DNA of 25,518 nucleotides from a virus (Duplodnaviria > Caudoviricetes). The translations under genes and the position numbers were made by a program. Under the pieces are notes generated by a model. The model did no database searches. It had not been told where the DNA came from and saw only the letters and a list, made by a program, of their open reading frames with translations. The stretch lies in the IMG/VR virus record IMGVR_UViG_3300050196_000092, positions 1 to 25,518 of that record. One strand, written 5' to 3'. Below, one piece after another: positions 18,001 to 25,491 of this stretch (within the stretch, counting starts at the first letter, position 1; the number at the start of each line of letters is the position of its first letter).

Positions 18001-18273
18001 GATGTACTAGGGGTCCAAAATAGCTATGGTGAGTACACTTGGGGTAGCGTTACGCAATTAGGCGGCACTGCATCTAGTCTATACCAATTCAGAATTAATC
18101 CACCTAGTAATGCTGTTATGGCATTTTCACTTCAGTTTTCAGATGTATTCCAAAATACTATCTATGAAACTGGTAATAGCTTTTCCCTAACTGACTTTAC
18201 CATGACGGTGTTTACAAAGAGTGCAGCATATTCTGCTATACCATTTAAACAAGTCTATGGCGCTACCGAATAG
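15055..18273 (+). CDS. Tail nozzle / tubular protein B-like (P22 gp10 / T7 gp12 analogue), about 1072 aa
   Basis: TGATG overlap; N-terminal GIDTKTNP..LLVLNG..SLRKVTG; beta-propeller blades LILFKKDSIYVV, VGCITPKSVV..GLMFQSNKGIYLL, IVYDYYYNEWT; Fn3-like insertion GTYAYQAIY..SAPS..KLYRT..YVD. Confidence 0.78.
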   Translation: MNNLVTQNYSGNIFNANFVYNTGIDTKTNPILVSKNSLLVLNGEVHNESLRKVTGSDRLGDSSINAPTTDQNIFTYSKSLYKVQDSNIYRYRSNYNTFSSVGVSRTLVSSSYTAESNIDEINTIPIISAVYGSYFSYIRFDPVSNYYVLSIFNVDDNVLDYQDTKFLASSSGSVVEMVGTPNGVAIYTASVGSGSNLSETIVNFSNFNYQISNNIETDLFLYVPSVDPYYKYSYPSVSGKFANGLIFLLYRTGVSTNCVGKMIVRNLYGTTTFTNSTLGAPVDLTGVQGFANLGAYSITESTLPYVLFMFGLNFYIVNTGSFSVRPPFSYTTAPGYTSGAEIFSTFNVGILQDTNEFVFLKYNPQQTLTEGTQVCPFINKYNYKTNTWTLYTNTCDPRYNDGKFWSVPGACSLAGGVVGLNSIAYFAVAIFSYIFEEADGAIVASTPVDQRRCTVYLVDSDYNVVEALYSYDVELYSNYDSGLSAYTYSYIPSVPRMKVNAVENSDVSVIYPLFIAQTINDEQDNTFDYTTTVKLIKFSSVAPTTFFSVEFNKSAYFGNSRLIELSNNTISEQSFFDFPQIQVINDDTSGDMTAGGTYAYQAIYQWVNGEGEIVWSAPSISQSVADITGTSMKIYFTPAPFFTQKPGAQLKLYRTINAGVLYQLVYTVALDTLPVGGNWYYVDTMSDDDLEDNEIIYTSGGVLGSFPFPSSAGFVESNGRIWSISRDDTTTVYYSLPERPSVALGFNPSLAVKAPATGGDVVCMGNLDEKLILFKKDSIYVVAGNPANALNQNSTLSLPTLVNSPVGCITPKSVVTTPVGLMFQSNKGIYLLDRSLTVSYIGARVEAYNNYTITSATLLHEDNKVKFSCLEGPVIVYDYYYNEWTVETDLYYTSTVLFQDKYTGLNLAGEVYQANPNVYKRDGDNYKFLVQMPWQKPYGVQGEYFIKDILFLGVYSGQHILRVDLLYNYIDIPQQTIYIYPNDVLGVQNSYGEYTWGSVTQLGGTASSLYQFRINPPSNAVMAFSLQFSDVFQNTIYETGNSFSLTDFTMTVFTKSAAYSAIPFKQVYGATE

Positions 18274-18793
18274 GAGTATACTTTTGAATCTTACGCAGAG
18301 TCTCTTCGTCCTTATCAATAACAAGCTTGATAAATGCCTCTTGTTGAGACAGATCAAGTCTCTTTTGCCCCTGTTTAAGCATAGCCTTGCTAATACGTGC
18401 TTGTTCCTTGCTTACCTTCTTCGTCATGTCCAACCGTTCAGCGTTTATTCCGACTCTGCCCACGTTTTGGAGTAGAAAGTCGATTGATTTTTGTACTATG
18501 GACGCTGTTTTCTCCGTAATTTCTAAGTCGGATAGTTCATACATTTTCCTAACAAGGTCCATTTTAAATTCTACGCGTGATTTCTTATAGATGTCAGATG
18601 CTTTTGGGTGTCGCGCAAGAATTAGGGCAAAATCTTGCAGTTCAAGTCCTGTGTAATCGCACATGTCTTTTACGGATGTTATTCCATACCTACCAAGTTC
18701 TGACATGGTCCGTAGAAATCCATCTGGTAATTCAGGTGTTGGTATATCGCTTGTCAGTATACAAACTGCATGTACAAAATCCTTTCCAATCAT
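18263..18793 (-). CDS. Terminase small subunit-like HTH protein (176 aa)
   Basis: GGAGG RBS; HTH-like GITSVKDMCDYTGLELQDF, then HPKASDIYKKSR..LVRKMYELS..SIDFLLQN matching the TerS helix-hairpin pattern. Confidence 0.55.
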   Translation of the reverse strand: MIGKDFVHAVCILTSDIPTPELPDGFLRTMSELGRYGITSVKDMCDYTGLELQDFALILARHPKASDIYKKSRVEFKMDLVRKMYELSDLEITEKTASIVQKSIDFLLQNVGRVGINAERLDMTKKVSKEQARISKAMLKQGQKRLDLSQQEAFIKLVIDKDEETLRKIQKYTPIR

Positions 18794-18802
18794 AGAGCCT
18801 CC

Positions 18803-18831
18803 TTGTTATATTAGCTTTTTAATAGTACAAT
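18803..18831 (+). promoter_or_regulatory. Sigma70-like promoter for the lysozyme-spanin pair
   Basis: TTGTTA (18803-18808)-17 nt-TACAAT (18826-18831) in the divergent gap between the TerS-like and lysozyme genes. Confidence 0.5.
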
Positions 18832-18859
18832 AAAACATATATAAATGAAAGGGTTTAGC

Positions 18860-19309
18860 ATGGATATTAGTTTAATTAAAAAATTTGAGGGTTTCAGATC
18901 TAATGCCTACTTGTGCCCTGCAGGGAAATGGACTATTGGATATGGTACAACATATTTATCTAGTAAATCCAGACCAGTTGAAAGTGGTGATACAATTACT
19001 GAGCGAGATGCTGAGGAAGAACTAAAGAATTTTTTGAATAAACAAGTCATGCCAAAAATTAATTCCCTAGTTGAAGAGTTTGGCCCTATTCCGCAAAAGA
19101 TCATTGACTCACTATGCAGCCTTGCATACAACGTTGGGCCTGGATGCCTATCGAGTCTAAAGCTACGCATAGCATTAAACAACAAGAGTATATCCGGTCT
19201 ATACACTTGGTTAATGTCATTTAACTTGGTCAATGGACATGTCAACCAGGGGTTAGTTAACCGTAGAACAGCTGAGTCAAACAACTTTAAGGATGTCGTA
19301 TGGAAATGA
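18860..19309 (+). CDS. Endolysin, GH24 phage lysozyme (about 149 aa)
   Basis: IKKFEGFRSNAYLCPAGKWTIGYG (E-x8-C-x5-T triad), SLAYNVG, GLVNRRTAE; AAAGGG RBS before ATG 18860. Confidence 0.95.
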   Translation: MDISLIKKFEGFRSNAYLCPAGKWTIGYGTTYLSSKSRPVESGDTITERDAEEELKNFLNKQVMPKINSLVEEFGPIPQKIIDSLCSLAYNVGPGCLSSLKLRIALNNKSISGLYTWLMSFNLVNGHVNQGLVNRRTAESNNFKDVVWK

Positions 19310-19758
19310 GACCACAAATTGTGATAGCTCTTGTCCTAACCGCCTTTGCAGCGGGAATTGTGCTCGGAAGTAGGGCTAAAAAGACAAGATTTGTTACAGA
19401 AAAAGGTGATACCATCGAGAAGGTTGTTTATAAGGACAGGGTTGTAAATAAAACAGTTTACAGTACAATCACTACAACCGTAGGAAAGAAACATGTTGTA
19501 GAGCAAAAGAAAGAGGTTTACAACAGTGAGTCTAAGACCAATACAGCATCCAAAGAGGTAGTTGTTGAAAATCCAGTACCTGTTGATGCAAAAGTCCAAT
19601 GGGGAGTAGGTATGGCCTATGATGTCCATGGAAAAGAGTTCAAAGAAGAATATTTTAAACCAGTACTACTAGCTCCAGTCTCAGATCATGTCCAACTGAT
19701 GCTTTCAACAGATTTAAAATTACAATCATTTGAAGGTGGATTAGTTTTTGAGTTCTAA
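19306..19758 (+). CDS. Spanin-like membrane-anchored lysis accessory protein (about 150 aa)
   Basis: ATGA-coupled to lysozyme; N-terminal hydrophobic IVIALVLTAFAAGIVLG, EKVVYKDRVV i-spanin-like stretch, C-terminal amphipathic strands ending FEGGLVFEF. Confidence 0.55.
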   Translation: MRPQIVIALVLTAFAAGIVLGSRAKKTRFVTEKGDTIEKVVYKDRVVNKTVYSTITTTVGKKHVVEQKKEVYNSESKTNTASKEVVVENPVPVDAKVQWGVGMAYDVHGKEFKEEYFKPVLLAPVSDHVQLMLSTDLKLQSFEGGLVFEF

Positions 19759-20447
19759 GGTTGCTTACCTTGAGGACTTGTAAATGGAGCAAACGTCTGT
19801 GTTGTTAAATTCTCTTTAGGCATTTTAGGTGTTGGTCTTTTCGCAGCCTGAGCCTGTTCTTGTTGTTGCATCATATTCATCCTGATTGCATTCTGAGCAG
19901 AGGCAGCTGATACCATGGGGCTAGTCTCAATCCCAGTATATCCATAAGTTGCTAATCTATCTTCCTGGGACAAGTCTTCCGTAGTCGTAGCAACATGCAT
20001 AAGTGTTTTGTTTTTGTAGTCAGCATATACATCTGGGAAAAACATGTTTAGATGTTTAATCTGATCACTTGTAGCCTTGCCCTCTGAGATATGGTCGAAC
20101 ACATGCTCGGGGTACCGTAATGTGTTGAATCTATCCAAGAATACTGCCTTGCCATACACGCTAGCATCATAGTTTCCATATAGAGCTGTTGGTGCTTGAG
20201 CAAATTTCTGTGCCAGGTAAGAAATATTTTGCATAAACCCATCTTGAATGTACTGTGACTTTTGTTCATTCGCAAGTCCAACAGGTTGTAAGGCTTGCTG
20301 ATGAACCATCCCTACTGCGACACCATTCGTTAAAATGTTATTTATAGTTTCCTTAGCTTCTTCATATTTAGTATTAATGAGACTGTGATAGTCACTATGA
20401 TTAGCTAATGTCGTATAAGGGAACTCTTGGATATTATCGTCTTCCAT
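19755..20447 (-). CDS. Putative internal virion protein (about 230 aa)
   Basis: GGGAG RBS then ATG 20447 (MEDDNIQEF) one nt after the upstream stop; helical; last gene of the minus-strand block. Confidence 0.55.
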   Translation of the reverse strand: MEDDNIQEFPYTTLANHSDYHSLINTKYEEAKETINNILTNGVAVGMVHQQALQPVGLANEQKSQYIQDGFMQNISYLAQKFAQAPTALYGNYDASVYGKAVFLDRFNTLRYPEHVFDHISEGKATSDQIKHLNMFFPDVYADYKNKTLMHVATTTEDLSQEDRLATYGYTGIETSPMVSAASAQNAIRMNMMQQQEQAQAAKRPTPKMPKENLTTQTFAPFTSPQGKQP

Positions 20448-20448
20448 C

Positions 20449-23046
20449 TTATTCTCCCGATGTTGCGGATGCGATTCCGGAAACAATCCGACGCGTAGGT
20501 TTAATATTTGTAAGAACTTCTTTAGCAATAGATTTCTTATTCAATCCAAGTCTTTCATTTCTAATATTCTTTGTAATAGCTTGTCTAGATGCCCTCTGGA
20601 TGTTTCTTTGCTTATCTAAGAACTGGGTCTTTGAATTATAGAACGCTTCAACTGGGTTGTATGATTCTTCCATGACGTTCCTTGCTTTCTTGGCAGCAGA
20701 AGCCAAACCTGCTAAGGCAAACCAAGAACCAGCTTTAAAAACACCTGCAGTATAACCTACGGCAGCATCCCGGAAAAGACGTATAGTTTCTAGGCCTAGG
20801 TTAGGAGCTCCATGAACTTTAAAATCAACTTCTTTTTCTTTGCTTTGTTTGAATTTAGAGAAAGCTTCAATGGAATCATTCCAAGCTGCGACTCTCTTGT
20901 TATTCCAAGTCTCAAGCATATGAGATCTATTATCAATAGACGCTCGATTCATTTTTGTTCTATGTATAAGCGCATTAGTATCCTCTGCATGTTTCATGGA
21001 CTTTTCTAACATAGACTGTAGCTTTTGTTTCTCAGCACCCTTAGCTGTTAACAGCGAATGATTGATCTTATCAATGTTTTCATTTGCAGTCCTATGTGCT
21101 AGTTCTAGTTCTTTTTCAAAATTTTGTATGTACCCTTTTAAATACGGCATAGCATTCTTACGAATTTCCATATTGCCATTACCCATGCCAATATTCTTAA
21201 TCTTGCTGAAGCTCCTGCCAGAGAATCCTTTTTGAGATTTATTTGTAGGAACTACGTATCCATTATCATCATATGTCAAAGAACTAAATATCTTAGACTT
21301 TTTATTCTGGTTAATTATGTTCTTAAAATCATCTAATGTAGTTAATTTCTTATGGCGAGCATAGAACAAATCAGATCTAGCCTTGGCGGAATCACCAAAT
21401 ATGTCTGATCTACCTGCTAATTCCTTAGCCTTACCGTGTACAACTTCATATAGATTCTTCATCTCTTGAGGGATTAGGCTTTCCTTGCCATACACGTTCT
21501 TTAAATCATTATAAGCTCTATTAATGTCTTGTGTCATTTGAATAGTACGACCATAAATACCACCGAAGTCTTCCTTCAATGGTCTAGCTTTTGTATCAAC
21601 ATTCGCTAATGCCGACCTTAGACTATCCGCAAACTCCTTGAACTTAGCAGGATCTGGTCCAAGAACTTTTCGATCTATAGAACTTTGTACACCTTGTCTA
21701 GTTTCTAGAGGCAATAGATCCATTACTGATTTAGGGACAATCTGACCACTAGCTATGAGTTTTTCACGCTCATAGAATGGATCACTATTCATTTCAATAT
21801 GTTCTTGTAGCTCATCGATAGTAGATTGTAATGCTTGACGTTGTTTATAAAGATTTGTTCCGGAGTTATTGATGTGGTCCGTTAACTGAGATATTTTCAT
21901 AGTATCTTCAATTAATGGGAAAGCTTCTGCCTCTGTTTTACCAGCTACATCATGGGCATGATTATAGATTCTATCTAATAACTCTTCCCTTGGGTTTAGT
22001 TCTTCTTCTGGAATATTGAGTTCTTCGGACAACTTCTGCTTGATACCGCGGTGTTCTTCAGCGTTCTTTAGAATGTACTTAAGGTCAAAACCTTTATTCC
22101 CTGTATCTACAAGCCGGGATCCGAAGTCCTCGTTAGTTAGGAACAGGTCTAGTAGCATATTATCACGTTCGAAAGTTGGATCTAGGTGTCCATTCTTCCT
22201 ACTAGCGAGGGTTTCTAAGTTATCTATAATACCATTAATAGCTTCTTTATTGCCCTTTACCCTTGCTAATCCTTCTGGCGTTGCATTTGGATTAAAGTCT
22301 GGGTGTGCAGCTGCATCGAATACGTCATTCAATCCAGCCCTAGCTTCTGGATCCATTTTATTAGCTGGTATCAAATTATCTGCATTAACCAAACCTTGCT
22401 CAGCTGATGGGAATAGCTTATCACCAATCGCACCAAATGCAGGACCTAATATTGCACTAGCTCCTAATGTTTTCCATAAGCTACCTAAGTAAGCTTTCCC
22501 AGAATCCAAAGAATAACCATTTAAGTTAGCATCATCCATGGCATCTACAGTGCTATAGATAGCACCGTAAGTCATAGCTTCACCAGCCCTGCCTGCAGCC
22601 TTTAAAAATGTTGGATTTAGGATGGACTTAGCCACTTCTGAACCGGTGATACCTGTTTTAACAAAATTTGCAGCCAACTCTGGAGCAGCTAATACTTTAC
22701 CTAAACCAGCTAGCATCCCTTCTTCGGGCGCCAATATCGGACCAAATGAGCCTACGATATCACCAATAGTGGCAGATGTCTTATGACGCTCATTACGTTC
22801 AGATTCAGCTTTTAAAAAATCTGGAGTGGATACAGCCTTTTCTGCTAATGATGGTAAACCAATCAAAGCAGAATTAATTGCATGTCGCATACCCACATAC
22901 AGGGCTTCCGGAGTATTGGATTCAGATACGTAGTTATGTCCTCCCACCTCCTCTTCAGATATAGGGGCTATTTTCCCAGTACCTGGGGCCAAGTAAGATT
23001 CATCTGTAGAAGCATCTGAAACACCAACTGGATTAACGTTTTGCAT
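20449..23046 (-). CDS. Large internal virion / DNA ejection protein (865 aa)
   Basis: Mostly helical, with A/G-rich weakly hydrophobic segments (GDIVGSFGPILAP, LGASAILGPAFGAIG, AAVGYTAG..WFALAGLA) typical of podovirus ejection proteins; synteny after GNAT and pilot-like gene. Confidence 0.6.
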   Translation of the reverse strand: MQNVNPVGVSDASTDESYLAPGTGKIAPISEEEVGGHNYVSESNTPEALYVGMRHAINSALIGLPSLAEKAVSTPDFLKAESERNERHKTSATIGDIVGSFGPILAPEEGMLAGLGKVLAAPELAANFVKTGITGSEVAKSILNPTFLKAAGRAGEAMTYGAIYSTVDAMDDANLNGYSLDSGKAYLGSLWKTLGASAILGPAFGAIGDKLFPSAEQGLVNADNLIPANKMDPEARAGLNDVFDAAAHPDFNPNATPEGLARVKGNKEAINGIIDNLETLASRKNGHLDPTFERDNMLLDLFLTNEDFGSRLVDTGNKGFDLKYILKNAEEHRGIKQKLSEELNIPEEELNPREELLDRIYNHAHDVAGKTEAEAFPLIEDTMKISQLTDHINNSGTNLYKQRQALQSTIDELQEHIEMNSDPFYEREKLIASGQIVPKSVMDLLPLETRQGVQSSIDRKVLGPDPAKFKEFADSLRSALANVDTKARPLKEDFGGIYGRTIQMTQDINRAYNDLKNVYGKESLIPQEMKNLYEVVHGKAKELAGRSDIFGDSAKARSDLFYARHKKLTTLDDFKNIINQNKKSKIFSSLTYDDNGYVVPTNKSQKGFSGRSFSKIKNIGMGNGNMEIRKNAMPYLKGYIQNFEKELELAHRTANENIDKINHSLLTAKGAEKQKLQSMLEKSMKHAEDTNALIHRTKMNRASIDNRSHMLETWNNKRVAAWNDSIEAFSKFKQSKEKEVDFKVHGAPNLGLETIRLFRDAAVGYTAGVFKAGSWFALAGLASAAKKARNVMEESYNPVEAFYNSKTQFLDKQRNIQRASRQAITKNIRNERLGLNKKSIAKEVLTNIKPTRRIVSGIASATSGE

Positions 23047-25114
23047 TTTCCATTACGCCTTCCATATCTAAGTCATCCAAACTCAAACTTAAACTCCCAA
23101 CCTTTTTACCCAACCCATTAGGCCTTGAATCAAGTGCCTGTTTAGGTTTAATAGCTAATGTGTCTAACAATCGTTTCTTCTCGTCCTTCAAGATTTGCAT
23201 TTGGTTAATAAGTTGTTGGTGAACATTATTAATCTGCTCTCGTGGTGTTCCTGATTTATACCAATGGCTTCCAATATCATACTCACCAGGAAGGTCATTT
23301 TTTTCCTTGTCTCCGAGACCATATCGCTGTAAATTATCCATAACAACTTGTGGGTCTTTAACTCTACCACCATTGAATTCACCTAATGTTCTATTTAATA
23401 TGGATAATTTATTATCGATATCAGGTAATTTAGTATTCAATGTCTCGGCTGCTTTTTCAGACCTTGCAGTCCAATTCTCAACGCCTTTACCAGTATTCAC
23501 TGCAATTTGAAATGGCTGCGCTTGTATCTTGGTATCCAACGCCTGTTTTTGTAAATTGATCTTTTGTTGTTCAAGGTCTAATGTACGATTGCTATTAATC
23601 CAATTTTGTTGTGTTGTCATTAGAGCAGCATAACCAGTCTGGGCTTGTGCTGCATCAGTAGCATACTGAGAACTTTGCTTGATTGTATTTGTAAGGGCCG
23701 AAAACTGTTCATTGATGAGTTTTCTTTGATCCTCTGTAACATCATACTTTAATTTTAGTCCATCAAGAGTAGACCCATGCTGTTGTTGAATAGCAAATAA
23801 AGATTTCTTATAATCCTGCTCATTTTTAGCAATCATATTATCCATTGATTTATAATAAGTGTCTACCCCTGGATTATTTGCTGTGTGCAATAATCCCTGT
23901 GATATACCACCAAAAATAAAGGACGCAGCTTTCATAGCATTCTGAGTAGAGTCTAAATGAGATTCAATTGTCTGATAGGACATTGTAGGGAATTGCTGCT
24001 TTAATGCATCCATCTTCTGCCCGTAAGCTGCTTGTTCCTTCTGGTAATTAGATACGTTTTGTTGCTGTTGTTGTCCAAGGATATCCTGTTGTTTTGCGTA
24101 GTTTGTGCTCAACTCATTCTGTGCAGAAGCACTATCTAGAGCTGCTTTCTTAGTGGCCTCAATGGCTTGTCCACCCGATTTTACAGCATCTGACATGCTA
24201 GCTGGATTAGATTTACCAAGTGACTCAGTTAAACTATTAATCTTGTTATTTAAGTGCCCAATAACTGCATTCTGAGCAGTAATAAACTTACTTGGATTAA
24301 ATTGCTTATCGCCGTTCTCGTTGGTCTCAATCATAGAATCAGCAATAGGATTCCCCTGTAACTGTTCCATGATAGGACCAGCTTCTAATCCAGGACCCTG
24401 ATAACCATGTGTGCCTGGTTTACGTGTAAATATGCTAGCAGACGATCCAAATCTATTAGCCAAATCCTCCAGCATATCTGTTGTGATCTCTTTACCGAGT
24501 CCAGCAGCCTCTTCTTTAGACAAATCCTGTGAATCTACAGTCCCATCTATTAATGCTGACCCATCTGTAATGACATTTTTAGACTCTTCCGTGCATACTA
24601 CAGCTGCCCCAAGAGCGGCAGCACCTAAATATGATCCAATACCACCTGCAACGCCACCAGCTAATTGTCCAAACATTTGTTTATTAGATGCAGCGTTTTG
24701 TGCATCAATTTGCTTTTGCGCTATATCATATTGTGCCTGTATACCAGCATTTGTAGCTGCAGCATTGTAATTAGTCTGTGCGATTAAAGCATTAGTATTA
24801 GCAGAAGCATTTTGGTTTGCTGTAGCTAAGTTATTACCCATACCCATAGCTTGTGCAAACGGTGTCATACCTGGTTGACTAGCGATTGCAGCATTGTAAT
24901 TAGCTACATTCTGCTGTTTGGATAACTCACCCTGAGCTGATATCTGGGACGATAAGTCATTGGAGTTAACAGATGGTGTACCCCCACCACCACCGCCACC
25001 TTTTTTAGATGACGACGTCTCTAATGGATCTTTTACCAGCCCACCCGTTGCAACTCCAATATAGTCGTTCGCATAATCTTTAGCATAGTCTGTTGTATCC
25101 GTCCACCAACTCAT
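23033..25114 (-). CDS. Internal virion / ejection (pilot-like) protein with internal peptidase S74-like domain (693 aa)
   Basis: Q/A/N-rich helices, G/A hydrophobic segment MFGQLAGGVAGGIGSYLGAAALGAA, then CTEESKNVI...GPIMEQL...VIGHLNNKINSL, then a second hydrophobic segment AASFIFGGISQGLL and coiled coils; AGGGG RBS. Confidence 0.65.
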   Translation of the reverse strand: MSWWTDTTDYAKDYANDYIGVATGGLVKDPLETSSSKKGGGGGGGTPSVNSNDLSSQISAQGELSKQQNVANYNAAIASQPGMTPFAQAMGMGNNLATANQNASANTNALIAQTNYNAAATNAGIQAQYDIAQKQIDAQNAASNKQMFGQLAGGVAGGIGSYLGAAALGAAVVCTEESKNVITDGSALIDGTVDSQDLSKEEAAGLGKEITTDMLEDLANRFGSSASIFTRKPGTHGYQGPGLEAGPIMEQLQGNPIADSMIETNENGDKQFNPSKFITAQNAVIGHLNNKINSLTESLGKSNPASMSDAVKSGGQAIEATKKAALDSASAQNELSTNYAKQQDILGQQQQQNVSNYQKEQAAYGQKMDALKQQFPTMSYQTIESHLDSTQNAMKAASFIFGGISQGLLHTANNPGVDTYYKSMDNMIAKNEQDYKKSLFAIQQQHGSTLDGLKLKYDVTEDQRKLINEQFSALTNTIKQSSQYATDAAQAQTGYAALMTTQQNWINSNRTLDLEQQKINLQKQALDTKIQAQPFQIAVNTGKGVENWTARSEKAAETLNTKLPDIDNKLSILNRTLGEFNGGRVKDPQVVMDNLQRYGLGDKEKNDLPGEYDIGSHWYKSGTPREQINNVHQQLINQMQILKDEKKRLLDTLAIKPKQALDSRPNGLGKKVGSLSLSLDDLDMEGVMENAKR

Positions 25115-25131
25115 AGTCTGCCCCTAATATT

Positions 25132-25491
25132 CTATAATTTTTTAGATAGGATGATTGTTTCATTTTCAATTTTATGGATAGTAAAACCAGAAGATAATAG
25201 ATCTAAAATCTTCTCATTCTTTAACTTATCTTCCTGGCGGATTCTAACAATAGAGAAAATTACATTTAATTTTTCTTTGACTTTCTCCAATGCGTGCTCT
25301 AGTGATTCATTAAATTTACGACCTTCTTCTGCCGCCAAATGCACAAACTCAACTGCAAAATCCTTATCTTTTTCATCTGACCCTTTGTCAGTCTTAATAT
25401 CCAAGACCTTGAACTGAGTTACACCGGTCTCGTGTGCAATTGTATGGATTCCAAAGTTCGTTAATAACGATTTGATCAATAGATCAGACAT
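25132..25491 (-). CDS. Degenerate GNAT-fold protein (P22 gp14 / T7 gp13-like position; 119 aa)
   Basis: AGGAG RBS; GVTQF..FAVEFVHL..helix..FSIVRI..LLSSGFTIHK..IILSKKL follows GNAT topology with terminal L..GF motif, but lacks a clear R/Q-x-x-G-x-G/A loop; sits directly upstream of ejection genes. Confidence 0.5.
   Translation of the reverse strand: MSDLLIKSLLTNFGIHTIAHETGVTQFKVLDIKTDKGSDEKDKDFAVEFVHLAAEEGRKFNESLEHALEKVKEKLNVIFSIVRIRQEDKLKNEKILDLLSSGFTIHKIENETIILSKKL

Noticed and set aside
18860-18940. Cys-type catalytic triad implying a P1 Lyz-like SAR endolysin
   Set aside because: No N-terminal hydrophobic SAR segment precedes the catalytic Glu; the YxCPAG variant is common in ordinary GH24 lysozymes
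5990-20528. Longest-ORF starts from the track (5990, 6729, 10775, 11332, 15022, 18845, 20528)
   Set aside because: Downstream ATGs (6002, 6834, 10787, 11338, 15055, 18860, 20447) have better RBS or stop-start coupling
24570-24605. VVCTE as the start of an intein/Hint domain
   Set aside because: No T-x-x-H block B or terminal H-N motif seen downstream; the following sequence fits an S74-like pattern better, though a profile search is needed
24970-25000. GGN run as a functional DNA repeat or G-quadruplex
   Set aside because: Encodes a 7-Gly linker with mixed codons; explained by the protein
233-25417. Many short antisense or alternate-frame ORFs in the track (e.g. 786-1223, 7475-7837, 18907-19317, 22016-22492, 24411-24770)
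   Set aside because: They lie wholly or almost wholly within well-supported genes, lack RBS and recognisable motifs, and look like shadow ORFs
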